From NCBI GenBank assembly GCA_964409935.1, contig CAYPFP010000003.1, forward strand, positions 64,230 to 128,229: 64,000 nucleotides of DNA, in the 5' to 3' direction. Positions 8,637-18,137 of this stretch are shown piece after piece. Position 1 is the stretch's first letter. The number at the start of each line of letters is the position of its first letter. Both the position numbers and the translations under genes were made by a program. The notes beneath the pieces are model-generated. The model saw nothing but the letters and a program-made list of their open reading frames with translations, was not told the DNA's origin and did no database searches. Source of the stretch: an uncultured Planctomycetota bacterium. Its GTDB lineage: Bacteria; Planctomycetota; Brocadiia; JAADGH01; CAYPFP01.

Positions 8637-11306
8637 GCGCGCCTTGCCTTTCTGCGCCACCGTCAGCGTTCCGCCGCATCGGAGCAGAAGCGGGCTGGGG
8701 AACTTCAGCGTGTCGGCCTCCATCGAAAAGCGAACGGCTTCCCCGTTCGCCCGGACCGCTGCCCTTGCGCCCGGTTTCAAAGCCCCAAGCCGCAGCGTCG
8801 AGACCGCAAGAACCCCGTGAAGGACCGTAATCTCGACGCTGCCCCCTTTCTGTCTCAGTGTGCCCCAGCCGGTCCCCGTGGACCAGAAACAGCGGAAGTC
8901 ATCGCCTGCGATCCGTGGCGCGATGGTCAGCGCCTTGCGCGCGCCGTGATAGACGAAGCCCGACAGGGCCGGCAGCGCCGTCCAGCTTGCCATGGCCCTG
9001 GCGTAGTGGTGGCCGCATTCGGCCTCGTCCCACGGGCTGCGGCGCTCGCCGTCGTACCGCGCTCGGATCGCCGCAATCACCTCCAGCCCCTGCTCGATCA
9101 GCCCCTCATAGATCATGTGTACCGCCGCCTGGTACTCGAAGCCCGTCATCACCTCCGAGAAGTACGGAAACGGGACCTCCGGACGATTCCCTTTCGGCCA
9201 AGTGCAGATGAGCAGCGCCGACTCGTCGTTGAGGGCGTATGTGCGCATCGTGTTCCAATGGTCGTACATCCCCCGCTTGAAGTTGTGCTTGAAGAGCGAC
9301 TCCAGCGCCTTGCGCACCTTGTTTCGGTTCAGAACGTAGCCCAGTCCGAGCGCATGCGCCATGTACTGCCCCAGCAACTGGTCCACGAGACACCCGTTGC
9401 CGACCTGGAACTCGGGCCGGCCCGGATCGCCCGTTCCCATCCCGACCGTCAGCCCCGCGAGCGGTTTCTCGCCCGGCGGCAGTCCCTGTATCTTCTGGAT
9501 GTAGTACTCGCCGTTCCAGAGGTTCGCGTCAATCCAGCGGCTTCCCTTCTCGAAGAGGCCGCGACAGCGTTGCGCAAAGGCGGCTTCGCCCATTGCCTTC
9601 GCCATCTCCTCCATCGCTCGCAGCGCGCCGAGGTACATGGCGCCCATCATGGGGTTAGGCCCGAAGAACTCCACGTCGTAGGTGTTGTGTTGGCAGCCTT
9701 CCATCACGCCGTCCTGGTCGGCGTCCCACGAGCCGGCCAGCCACGCGAACTCCATCGTCTTGCGGGCCTTGGGCCACAGGACGCGCAAAAATTCGTCTTC
9801 GCCGGAAAGCTGCCATTCCCGGTACAGGCGCATGATCGTGCCCATCTGTCCGTCGGCGGCCGCCATGTTGGACGGCGGCGCCTCCCGCAGCGGCAGGCGC
9901 GTTCGGAAGCTCATGAGTCCGTCCTCGCGCGTGCTCGGACCGAACTCGACGCATCGCATCGCCCGCGCCAGCGTCGGGAACAGAAAGCCCGAGGCGTGTT
10001 CGTAGTTCCACACGTGCGTGCACGATCCGTAACAGCACCCGGTCTTGTCGTGGCAGCCTTCGAAGCCGTAGAAGTTGCCGTCGGCGGTGCGGAAACATGT
10101 TTGCGAACGCAGGGTGGACAGATTGTTGAGCGCGGCCTCTTTCACCGCTTGCGGCAGGCTGCTTTCGCAGAACGCCCGGGCGAACTTGAGCGTCTCGGCT
10201 TCCAGGTCCGCAAGCTGCGCGCCGACCTCGCGCGCCGCGGCCCAGGCGTCTCCGAATCTCGTCGCGTAATGATTGCCGACGCGTCCGGCGTTCTCCTTGT
10301 TTCCGGTGTCCCAGCCGCACACCTGGGCGGTGCGGTTCGGGAAGTGCCAGCTCAGCAGGAACGTTATGGTTTTCTCGCTGCGCGGCGGGATCGTGCACGC
10401 CGCCGCCAGCGAGGCGTGTTGCGAGGTCTTGTCGTCCGCCGCTGGAGGGCCGGGATCACTGAGCTTTCCGTCCGCCGAAAAATCGTCCCAGAACGCGAGG
10501 ATGTCGTTGTTCCATCTCTTCCGCGCCCATCGCGCGCGGAAGCTGACGGTGTCGTGAGTCGTCGCGATGGCTAGCGTCCCGTACTGCGGCGAGTCCGGCG
10601 CGACAAAATCCGATCTCAAGAGCATCCCCCGGAGGCCCTTCGCTTGGACGAACTCATTGCGGTTGCCCTGCGCCGCGCCGTCCTTGCCGTCGAAACCGAT
10701 GAAGTTCTCCAGGCTCCCGCACACCGAGGCCCTCAGCGGGCGGCTGGTCCGGTTCTTCAGCACATAGCGCAGCACGGCAACCGGCAGGCCGGAGCGCTCG
10801 GCATCGTGCGGGATGAGCGGGTTCCACGCCCCCAGTCGCACGGAGACGGGCACGTCCGGATCCGAAAGCTCGACCTGCGCCAGCGGGTACGCCGCGTGGA
10901 AAACACACTCGCGGAATCGCGGCAGACCGGCGTCCGGCCCTGCTCCGGTACTGCCGTCATACGGCGGTGTCAGGACGCCTTCGAGCACGCGCGTCACCGG
11001 CGGCTTTGCGCCGTCGCGCACCCACAAAGCGAAGAACGAATGGGCCGGTTTGTATCCCTTCGAGGCGCGGTTGACGATCTCCCAATCAATCAACTGTCCT
11101 CGTCCGCCCAGCGAGACCGTGCCGGTCCCGATCCCGCCCAGCGGAAACGCTATCCTTTGAAGCTTTCGCTCGCGATAGGTTGTCAGGATGGGCCATCGCG
11201 GACGCGGCGCGTCGTACCAGCGACGCGGCGCATCGTACCAGCGACGCGAGGCCTGCGTTGCGCGCGCTGCGCGGCCTTTCCTGCTCGATCTGCGACTGCC
11301 GGTCAT
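8631..11306 (-). CDS. GH116-family glycoside hydrolase (glucosylceramidase/beta-glucosidase-like); N-terminus carries tandem REP-A (RRWYDAPRRWYDAP)
   Basis: ORF trimmed to ATG 11304-11306 preceded by GGAGGAG SD; N-domain motif RIAFPLGGIGTGTVSLGGRGQLIDWEIVN typical of GH116; 891 aa. Confidence 0.6.
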   Translation of the reverse strand: MTGSRRSSRKGRAARATQASRRWYDAPRRWYDAPRPRWPILTTYRERKLQRIAFPLGGIGTGTVSLGGRGQLIDWEIVNRASKGYKPAHSFFALWVRDGAKPPVTRVLEGVLTPPYDGSTGAGPDAGLPRFRECVFHAAYPLAQVELSDPDVPVSVRLGAWNPLIPHDAERSGLPVAVLRYVLKNRTSRPLRASVCGSLENFIGFDGKDGAAQGNRNEFVQAKGLRGMLLRSDFVAPDSPQYGTLAIATTHDTVSFRARWARKRWNNDILAFWDDFSADGKLSDPGPPAADDKTSQHASLAAACTIPPRSEKTITFLLSWHFPNRTAQVCGWDTGNKENAGRVGNHYATRFGDAWAAAREVGAQLADLEAETLKFARAFCESSLPQAVKEAALNNLSTLRSQTCFRTADGNFYGFEGCHDKTGCCYGSCTHVWNYEHASGFLFPTLARAMRCVEFGPSTREDGLMSFRTRLPLREAPPSNMAAADGQMGTIMRLYREWQLSGEDEFLRVLWPKARKTMEFAWLAGSWDADQDGVMEGCQHNTYDVEFFGPNPMMGAMYLGALRAMEEMAKAMGEAAFAQRCRGLFEKGSRWIDANLWNGEYYIQKIQGLPPGEKPLAGLTVGMGTGDPGRPEFQVGNGCLVDQLLGQYMAHALGLGYVLNRNKVRKALESLFKHNFKRGMYDHWNTMRTYALNDESALLICTWPKGNRPEVPFPYFSEVMTGFEYQAAVHMIYEGLIEQGLEVIAAIRARYDGERRSPWDEAECGHHYARAMASWTALPALSGFVYHGARKALTIAPRIAGDDFRCFWSTGTGWGTLRQKGGSVEITVLHGVLAVSTLRLGALKPGARAAVRANGEAVRFSMEADTLKFPSPLLLRCGGTLTVAQKGKARR
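11206..11247. repeat. REP-A (reverse orientation), 2 tandem copies (second with 1 mismatch), in-frame in GH116 gene
   Basis: GGCGCGTCGTACCAGCGACGC x2, encodes RRWYDAPRRWYDAP. Confidence 0.85.
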
Positions 11307-11326
11307 CGTTCGTCTCCTCCGTCCGA

Positions 11327-12808
11327 TTACTGGGTCACGACCTTCGGTCCGCCCTGTGCGGCGGTGACATAGTCGGCCAGCGTCTGCATATGGGAGATGA
11401 ACGTTTGCGAGTACATGAGATTGAGCTTGACCTTCTCGTCCACCTCGTAACCCACTCGCCCTTCTTTGTCGCGTACCTGCTCGCGTTTGGGTTCCGCCTT
11501 CACCCATCGTCCCTGGTCATCCAGGGTCTTGAGAATCTCTTCGACTCTTGAGGTCAGGGCTGCGGCCCGCTCCGCGCGCTCTGCCGGCGTGGGCTTGCGG
11601 TCGCGCTGTTCCAGGAACCGCTGCCGTCCGTTCTTTCGTATCTCCTCGTAACGGGCGCGATACCTGCTGACGCCGTAGTTGCCCTTGAAGCTGTAATGAA
11701 CCGGCAGGTCGTCGTCTGTGTACACGAGCTGGTACGTCTTCGTAAAATAGAGCGGCTTGTTGGTGCCCGGCTCGTAGAACCTGGCCCACACGCCGGCTTC
11801 CTCGGTGCCGCCGATGCGCGAACGCTTGAACCAGTCGAGGGCCTTCCCTGCCGCGTCCAGGTAGCGCTGGTCGCCGAACTCGATATACATCTCCAGCAGA
11901 AGCCGCACATTGCCGACGGACTCCCCGCCCGTGACCGCCGGCGGCTCGAACCGGCGCGCCCAGGCGGGTTTGAGGTTCTCGTCGTACTGCTGCGCCCACG
12001 CCGCCTGCGGCTCCGGCAGTTGCGAGCGCAGGTAGAACTCAAGACACTTCTTGACGCTCTCGATGTATTCGGGTTTCCCGTACTGTTTGTACGCCTTCAG
12101 CATGGTCTGGACGCAGTCGGTCATGGTGTTGTCGTTATAGGTGGGGTACGCGCCGTATCCTTTGGGCGGCGGATAGCGCTGAGGCCAGGCGCCGTCCCAT
12201 AAACTTCCCTTGTACTGCGCGTCGAGGAAGCACTTCATCGCGCGTTGCACGGCCGCGTCTACCTCCGCGTCGTCCGCGTGTCTGTCCAGTTCCATTAGAA
12301 GGCAGGTGGCGCTTTGCGTATTGTTATCGTCGAAAGTCGCTGTGTTGCGCAGGGACGCCGCCCCCGGCGCGTCCGTTTTCAGGTGATGGTAGAGGTTCCG
12401 GTTCCGCTTCGGGTCGAACTCGATGCTGTAATCCCACCCCCCGCAGGCGAGCTGCCCCCAGGCCAGACACCGCCCCGCCGCCAAGGCCGCGTCCAGGCAC
12501 GCCTTCTCGCCGGTCGCTTCGTAGGCCCGCAGGAAGGCCATGCCCACCGAAGGCGTTCCCGGCGGCTGGACCCAGTTGGTCGTCAGGGGCAGGTCCTGGC
12601 TTTCGCCCCTCCGGTGGCTCAGCAGGTCGGTGCTGTAGACCCAGACGTAGCCGCCGTGGGAGGCGACCTTGCCGGCCCAGAACTCTCCGGCCTTTCGCAT
12701 GGCCTCGCGCGCGCGGTCAAGGAGCGTATTCTCGGCCGCATTACACGCCATGCCTGCCCCCAGAACCGCCGCCGCAAGAACGAAAATACAGATGCCTCGC
12801 ACCCGCAT
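11327..12808 (-). CDS. secreted (alpha/alpha)-toroid polysaccharide-lyase-like protein (possibly PL10-like; unresolved)
   Basis: ORF trimmed to ATG 12806-12808 (MRVRGICIFVLAAAVLGAGMA signal peptide) with AAAGGAGTG SD; 20-nt gap to next gene; first gene of a 12.8-kb same-strand array. Confidence 0.5.
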   Translation of the reverse strand: MRVRGICIFVLAAAVLGAGMACNAAENTLLDRAREAMRKAGEFWAGKVASHGGYVWVYSTDLLSHRRGESQDLPLTTNWVQPPGTPSVGMAFLRAYEATGEKACLDAALAAGRCLAWGQLACGGWDYSIEFDPKRNRNLYHHLKTDAPGAASLRNTATFDDNNTQSATCLLMELDRHADDAEVDAAVQRAMKCFLDAQYKGSLWDGAWPQRYPPPKGYGAYPTYNDNTMTDCVQTMLKAYKQYGKPEYIESVKKCLEFYLRSQLPEPQAAWAQQYDENLKPAWARRFEPPAVTGGESVGNVRLLLEMYIEFGDQRYLDAAGKALDWFKRSRIGGTEEAGVWARFYEPGTNKPLYFTKTYQLVYTDDDLPVHYSFKGNYGVSRYRARYEEIRKNGRQRFLEQRDRKPTPAERAERAAALTSRVEEILKTLDDQGRWVKAEPKREQVRDKEGRVGYEVDEKVKLNLMYSQTFISHMQTLADYVTAAQGGPKVVTQ

Positions 12809-13094
12809 GTTCACTCCTTTCAGATGGTCTGCGCCCCATCTTTCAGATGGGGCGCGCCCGCCAATCCGTCGGGCGGGCCTCATCGGCCGAAGAGCCGCGT
12901 TTCTGCGTGCCGGTTTTTCGCCACTGATTGTCCCCAATTAGCCCGCTTTGTCCATAGGAATTTTCCCAAGAGTGAGGCGCGCCGGCGTCGTTGCCCCCTT
13001 GCGCGCCCTGGAGCGAATTCGCTTGCTTTCCCCAACCGTCCGTCGGGATAATTCCCGCGACGGCGCCTGCCCTTCCGACACAAGGAGCAACGCA

Positions 13095-14165
13095 ATGAGA
13101 AAGACCGGTGACGTGATCATCCTGAGAAAACCGAAGCGCCAGCTTGCGTTTGTGGGCGCGGCGCGTCGTTCCAGCGACGCGGCGAGGCGCACAGGCGGCG
13201 AGATTCTCGTCGTCTTCCGCGAAGGCGCGGGCCACGTGGACCCCGAAGGCCGAATCCTCCTCATGCGGTCCGACGACGACGGGCGCTCCTGGTCTGGACC
13301 GCACGTCGTGGCCGACACCGACCTGGACGACCGCGACCCTTCCATCAAGGCCCTGCCCGACGGGCGTGTAGTCGTGAATTATTTTAGTTCGAAGTGTACT
13401 GCGCCCTGGGACGAGGAACACATCCGGCGCTGGATCGGGCCGGAGGGTTACGAGTTGGGCAAGCGGAACTGGTCAGCCGAGGTGGCACGCATCGGGCTGC
13501 GCTTCTCGCAGGACGGCGGACAAACGTGGGGCGATGAGGTCCGCATCGAGCGAAAGGGCGTTGCCGTCTCGGCCTCCGTGTGCGCGCTGCGCGACGGCAG
13601 TCTTCTGCTTCCGATCTATGGCCGCTTGAACACCCCAAACTACGCCGCCTATCTCATGCGTTCCACCGACGGCGGGAAGTCCTGGGGCGAACTCGAACTC
13701 ATCGCGTCGGATCCTGCCGGCGCCATGCCTTTCTCCGAACCCACCCTGCTGGCGTTGCCCGACGGCCGCCTGATCTGCCAACTGCGCACCACGGGCGCCA
13801 AGACAGACGCCGGCGCCATCTGGCAGACCGAGTCCTCCGACGGCGGCCGCTCGTGGACGCCGCCGCGCAAGCTGCCCCTTTGGGGATACCGCCAGAGTCT
13901 CGCCCTGCTCTCGAATGGGGATGTGCTCTCGGTGTACGGCTATCGCCGGTATCCGATGGGGGTGCGCGGCGCGGTCAGCCGCGACGGGGGCCGCTCGTGG
14001 GATCCGGCCGCCGAGTTGCCGATCCGTTGGGACGGCCTGCATCACGACCTGGGTTATCCGGCAGCCGTGCCCCTGGAAGACGGCCGCGCCTTTGTCGCCT
14101 ACTACATCAACACGACCGGAGACCCTTTCTCCTACATCTGCGGCAGTTGGTTGGCGCCCTCCTGA
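13095..14165 (+). CDS. BNR/Asp-box repeat (sialidase-like, GH33-like) protein, no signal peptide; contains variant REP-A copy
   Basis: ATG 13095 preceded by AGGAG SD (7-nt spacer); five S-x-D-G-G-x-(T/S)-W boxes (SDDDGRSW, SQDGGQTW, STDGGKSW, SSDGGRSW, SRDGGRSW). Confidence 0.65.
   Translation: MRKTGDVIILRKPKRQLAFVGAARRSSDAARRTGGEILVVFREGAGHVDPEGRILLMRSDDDGRSWSGPHVVADTDLDDRDPSIKALPDGRVVVNYFSSKCTAPWDEEHIRRWIGPEGYELGKRNWSAEVARIGLRFSQDGGQTWGDEVRIERKGVAVSASVCALRDGSLLLPIYGRLNTPNYAAYLMRSTDGGKSWGELELIASDPAGAMPFSEPTLLALPDGRLICQLRTTGAKTDAGAIWQTESSDGGRSWTPPRKLPLWGYRQSLALLSNGDVLSVYGYRRYPMGVRGAVSRDGGRSWDPAAELPIRWDGLHHDLGYPAAVPLEDGRAFVAYYINTTGDPFSYICGSWLAPS
13159..13179. repeat. REP-A variant (GTTCC for GTACC), in-frame in BNR gene
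   Basis: 20/21 match. Confidence 0.7.
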
Positions 14166-14186
14166 GCGCGCGGCCGACGCGGCAGA

Positions 14187-15041
14187 TCACGCCCCCTCAA
14201 CGCCCGCCATAAACTTCCTGGTGTTCTCGTAGGACATCTTGAGTTCTTTCTGGGGTTCCGGTTCGCGGTTGGGGGGACAGTCGGAAATCTCCACCATGAC
14301 CGGCCGTGTATACCCGATCTGCCGCAGCGCGGCGAACACCGACTTCCAGTTGATCAGGCCCATCCCGGGCGGCAGATGGTCGTCGCGCCGGCCCAGATTA
14401 TCCTGAAGGTGTGTGGTCCACAGTTTCTTCCCCATCCGTATGATGGCCTCGGCGGGCGAGATGCCGTACAGTTGCGCGTGGCCGGTGTCAATGCAGAAAC
14501 CGGCGTTCTTGTGCCCGCACACGCGCACAAGCTCAAGGATGAACTCCAAGTCCTCCCACGCCCCGCAGTTCTCGACGGCGACGGAGGCCCCGATGTTGGC
14601 CACCCGCTCGCACAACGGGCGCAAGACACTCAGGTTGCCGGTCATTCGCCGAGCATGGGCCGCCGCGCCCTCGTGGCTGAGCATGTGCCCCCCCGGATGA
14701 ATGACGATGACCTTCACGTTCAGCACATGACACTTCTCCAGGATCGGCGACAACGCCCCGAGCGACCGTTCGGATTCGGACTGGTCCGCCGCCAGATTCA
14801 CCCACGAATGGGCCGACCACGCCTCCAGCTTTGCCTCATCGGTCACGTTGCGCAGTTGCTCTGCTTCGGTCGTCGTCAGGTACTCGATGTGGGAAAACTC
14901 GACGTGCGTGAAACCGGCTTCGGCGAGGTCGCGCACCGCCTGGCATTGCATCTCCAGCGTGAACTGTTTTTCCACGCTCATCAAACGGCCCTTGGGATAC
15001 AGGGTGTTGCAGCCGATTGGATTGTCCATCGGTCCCGTCAT
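14187..15041 (-). CDS. sugar phosphate isomerase/epimerase (xylose-isomerase-like TIM barrel)
   Basis: ORF trimmed to ATG 15039-15041 with GAGAGGAG SD; motifs HIEY, VIVIHPGGH, CIDTGHAQLYG typical of the family. Confidence 0.6.
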   Translation of the reverse strand: MTGPMDNPIGCNTLYPKGRLMSVEKQFTLEMQCQAVRDLAEAGFTHVEFSHIEYLTTTEAEQLRNVTDEAKLEAWSAHSWVNLAADQSESERSLGALSPILEKCHVLNVKVIVIHPGGHMLSHEGAAAHARRMTGNLSVLRPLCERVANIGASVAVENCGAWEDLEFILELVRVCGHKNAGFCIDTGHAQLYGISPAEAIIRMGKKLWTTHLQDNLGRRDDHLPPGMGLINWKSVFAALRQIGYTRPVMVEISDCPPNREPEPQKELKMSYENTRKFMAGVEGA

Positions 15042-15054
15042 GCAAGATCTCCTC

Positions 15055-16686
15055 TCAAGGCGCGTAGCTCGCGCCCTCAATGTAACAATCGCCGCCTTTG
15101 TCGTTATAGTAGTACGCGGTGAACACGCGTCCGTTCCGCAACTGTATGCTGTAGGGATACCCCAGGTCAAAATGCCCGCCTTCGTGGCGGAAAACGATCT
15201 CCCGCTTCAAGTCGTAGGAGCGGCCACCGTCGGAACTCAGGCTGGCGCGGACTCCGCCAGGTTCCCGGCGGTAACCATATGATAGCAGGATGCGTCCGTC
15301 GGACAACCGGCAAAGTTGCTGCGGGAATCCCCACACCGGCAATCTCTTCGGCCAACTCCAGGTTTTCCCGCCATCCTTCGAGTAGGACTGGCGGACATAC
15401 CCGTCGGAATCCACGCGCATCGTGCATACGCCTGCCCCGCCGGGCAACAGGATCAGGTTGGGTTCGTCCCAGTATTCCCATGTCAGCGGCTTGCCATAGG
15501 GCTTGCAGTAGCTGACATCTGAATAGCGCGACCACGTGAGGCCCAGGTCTTCCGTGCGGTGAATCTCCACGAAACAGCTTTCGTCGCGGATTCTCGCGCC
15601 GACCCAATAGAGGGCGTCGTCGGGTCCGATCACCGGCCCGTGCGGGCTGAACACGGGGGCCTTGCGCCGCTCCGACCACGTTCTTCCGCCGTCCTTCGAG
15701 ATCATAAGCCAGCTTCCCGAGTACTTGCCCCATCCTTCCTTTTCCATGAGCGCGGTCTCGGCGGCGTACTTCTCGCGCAAGGGCGCTTCGCCGCGCCAAC
15801 TGTCCCACGTGTTGAAGCTGACCACCGTGGTTCCGTCCTTGAGGCACAGGATCGCCGGGTCGCGCTCGTCGGAGGGCGTGTCATAGATCACCTCGCGCGG
15901 CGACCATGCCCTGCCGCCGTCGGTGGAACGCGACATGACGATGCGCCCGCGCGGACAGACGTGCCCGTCTCCCTCGCGGCACACGACAAGAAGGTCTCCG
16001 TCGAGCAACTCGGCCACGCCCGGAAAGGCGAAGTGGCGGCCCTCCTCCTTCATGATCGCGACCCGCCTCTCCGGGATTCGGTGGACGGCCTGGGTGCGCA
16101 CATACGGCACGAATCGGATATACTGGAGGTAGAACGGCTTGCCGAGAGCGCGCACGACGATCTGTTCGGCGCTCCCGTCGGGGCGCGTCATTGGTGCGCG
16201 GACCTTCCAGTGGAACTCGAAGTCGAAGTGGCGGTTCCGGGTCGCGGCAGGCGCGGTGATGACGGTGAATTCTTCTTCGCTCGACAACCGGATGCCCAGC
16301 GTCATGCCGGGATCCACCGCGCGAAGACCGAGGTGAATGTCGCACGGTCCCTTGATGCCGGGGTCAAGCGCGAGATCCGGCGGCGCGCCCACGGCGTTCA
16401 GGAGCCGCTGCGTCCAGCCGGGGTGGCGGACGTGCCAGTAACTCTTCGGCGCCTCCTTCGCGCGGGACGACTCGCCGGTCTCCTCATGCGTGACGATGAG
16501 ACTGTCGGCGGGCTGTCCCTTCTCGAAGTTGCGCCAGACAACCGGCTGGCCCAGGTCCTCGCTCTCGATAACCTCGTCTCTCAACCCGCTCTCGCTGCCC
16601 ATAGCCTTCGCACCCAGAAGAAAAAAGATGCACCCAATCCTGGCGAAGGCCTCAAACCTCCGCCGGCTTCTCTGGTCTGAACCCAT
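15055..16686 (-). CDS. secreted BNR/Asp-box repeat sialidase-like protein (paralog of 13095..14165)
   Basis: Long ORF 15055..17376 overlaps the next gene; trimmed to ATG 16684-16686 with GAGAGGA SD, N-terminus MGSDQRSRRRFEAFARIGCIFFLLGAKAMG signal-like; Asp-boxes SRSTDGGRAWS, SKDGGRTWS, SKDGGKTWS, SSDGGRSYD. Confidence 0.6.
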   Translation of the reverse strand: MGSDQRSRRRFEAFARIGCIFFLLGAKAMGSESGLRDEVIESEDLGQPVVWRNFEKGQPADSLIVTHEETGESSRAKEAPKSYWHVRHPGWTQRLLNAVGAPPDLALDPGIKGPCDIHLGLRAVDPGMTLGIRLSSEEEFTVITAPAATRNRHFDFEFHWKVRAPMTRPDGSAEQIVVRALGKPFYLQYIRFVPYVRTQAVHRIPERRVAIMKEEGRHFAFPGVAELLDGDLLVVCREGDGHVCPRGRIVMSRSTDGGRAWSPREVIYDTPSDERDPAILCLKDGTTVVSFNTWDSWRGEAPLREKYAAETALMEKEGWGKYSGSWLMISKDGGRTWSERRKAPVFSPHGPVIGPDDALYWVGARIRDESCFVEIHRTEDLGLTWSRYSDVSYCKPYGKPLTWEYWDEPNLILLPGGAGVCTMRVDSDGYVRQSYSKDGGKTWSWPKRLPVWGFPQQLCRLSDGRILLSYGYRREPGGVRASLSSDGGRSYDLKREIVFRHEGGHFDLGYPYSIQLRNGRVFTAYYYNDKGGDCYIEGASYAP

Positions 16687-16772
16687 AGTCGTCCTCTCTT
16701 TCGCTCGATCCGAAGCCTGACACCGCCCGCGACGCCCGACCGTCGCCAGGCCCTGCATCCCCTCCGTGCTCC

Positions 16773-17846
16773 CTAGCGGCATTGCCCATGCTTCTTGACC
16801 AGTTCCACGGCGTGACAGTAGTTTTGGAAGCTCACCGTGGGAGGCACGCTGTGGTCGGAGTGGAAGATGTAACCGCCGCCCTGTTTGGCCGCCTCGACCT
16901 TGCTGATCACCTCCTCCTCCACGTCCTTGCGGGTGCCGCTGAGCTTGCGGATGTCTATGTTCCCGAACAGCGTGATCTTGCCGGCGTACATCTTTTTCAG
17001 TTCGCGAACGTCCTGCCCGCACTTGGCCTCCAGGGGCTGGATGGCGTCGAACCCGGCCTCGATGAACTTGGGGATCAGCACGTCTATCTTGCCGCACGAA
17101 TGACAGATGAACTGCCGGCCCCGCTCGTGCTGGTAGTCGGCCAGCTTCTTGTGCGCCGGGAAGATGAGCCGGTCGTAGAGTCTGGGCGAAAAAAGCGTGG
17201 CGTTCCGGTAGCCCAGGTCGGCGGGCATGAACACCCCGTCGTAGTAGACGCCCTGCTCGTCGAGCAGCCTGTACAGCCCGATCGTGAGATCGGCGTATGT
17301 CATCATGACGCGCGCCACAAAATCGGGATCGTCCATCATGAGCGTCCATATCTGCGCCTGGCCGAAAACGGGCCACGCCAGTTCATACGGGTCGGCGTGT
17401 CCGAGCGCCACGAAGCGCCCCGTGGCGACGCACCGGTCGGCGGAGTCCTTGATGTCTTTGGGCAGCCGCTCCGGCTTTGCTACCAGCCGCGCGCAGTGCT
17501 CGTCCCATTCCTTCTGCCCTTTGATGACGTGGTCTATCCAGTGCGGCGTGAAGCCCGACTTCTTCGTGAAATGCTTGCGCGTAACGCCGTTGGCGTCCCG
17601 AAAAATCTTGTGGTCTGCGGTCTCCTCGATTGTCTGCGTCGGCAGTTGCAGGCTCAGGTCGAAGCCCCCGAAACTGGCGATGTCCATGCTGAAGTAATCG
17701 GTCACCGACATCTTCTCCGGCAATCCCTCCTTGCGCCAGCGGTCAACGGTCTCGCCCCACGGGCTTTCGTGCATCCCCACGCGGTCCGGCGCCCCGCCGC
17801 TCAGCGTCACCCGAATGCGCTCCCGCGACGTCATCTTGTCTGACAC
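16773..17846 (-). CDS. uroporphyrinogen decarboxylase (URO-D) family protein (MtaA/CmuA-like methyltransferase fold)
   Basis: ORF trimmed to GTG 17844-17846 nine nt downstream of AGGAG (alternative ATG at 17832-17834); ~360 aa with URO-D-like core; function not resolvable from sequence. Confidence 0.5.
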   Translation of the reverse strand: MSDKMTSRERIRVTLSGGAPDRVGMHESPWGETVDRWRKEGLPEKMSVTDYFSMDIASFGGFDLSLQLPTQTIEETADHKIFRDANGVTRKHFTKKSGFTPHWIDHVIKGQKEWDEHCARLVAKPERLPKDIKDSADRCVATGRFVALGHADPYELAWPVFGQAQIWTLMMDDPDFVARVMMTYADLTIGLYRLLDEQGVYYDGVFMPADLGYRNATLFSPRLYDRLIFPAHKKLADYQHERGRQFICHSCGKIDVLIPKFIEAGFDAIQPLEAKCGQDVRELKKMYAGKITLFGNIDIRKLSGTRKDVEEEVISKVEAAKQGGGYIFHSDHSVPPTVSFQNYCHAVELVKKHGQCR

Positions 17847-17952
17847 TGTCGTTTTCTCCTTCCGCGCCGCGACCGGCGCGATTGAACCATCATATGATGA
17901 CGACAAGGCGTCCCCTCGTCAACACAAATGCCGCCCCCGCCGCCCGAAAATC

Positions 17953-17983
17953 TTGTGTACAATCGCGTCCCAACGGGTATAAT
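17953..17983 (+). promoter_or_regulatory. candidate sigma70-type promoter (TTGTGT/GTGTAC -35, perfect TATAAT -10 at 17978-17983) upstream of Rrf2 gene
   Basis: Perfect TATAAT hexamer 17 nt downstream of GTGTAC; intergenic divergent region. Confidence 0.3.
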
Positions 17984-18070
17984 TTCGACGGTTTAGGTCT
18001 GGAATAGCCAAGGCCGACTCCGGCGCTCGGCGCGCGCCGCGACTCGCGCCGCGGCGGAAAAAAAAAGTCT

Positions 18071-18103
18071 TGACATCCGGCTCAATATAGACTATTGTGG
18101 TCC
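18071..18103 (+). promoter_or_regulatory. candidate sigma70-type promoter TTGACA-N17-TATTGT preceded by A9 tract (UP-like)
   Basis: TTGACA at 18071-18076, TATTGT 17 nt downstream, AAAAAAAAA immediately upstream; 35 nt before Rrf2 start with GGAGGGAGG SD. Confidence 0.4.
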
Positions 18104-18137
18104 AGATGTAGTTTACCCAGGAGGGAGGCTGGACGCC

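Noticed and set aside
15055-17376. Long N-terminal extension of the BNR gene (773-aa ORF), and similar extensions for 4863..6119, 8631..11507, 11327..12937, 14187..15170, 36863..37480, 40823..44143, 44334..47069, 49698..51668, 52844..55063
   Set aside because: Upstream portions are low-complexity and overlap neighbouring genes or the tRNA. Internal starts with SD and signal peptides were chosen instead.
18060-18068. A9 homopolymer as phase-variation tract
   Set aside because: Intergenic, immediately upstream of a -35 hexamer; more consistent with an UP-element-like A-tract than a coding slippage site.
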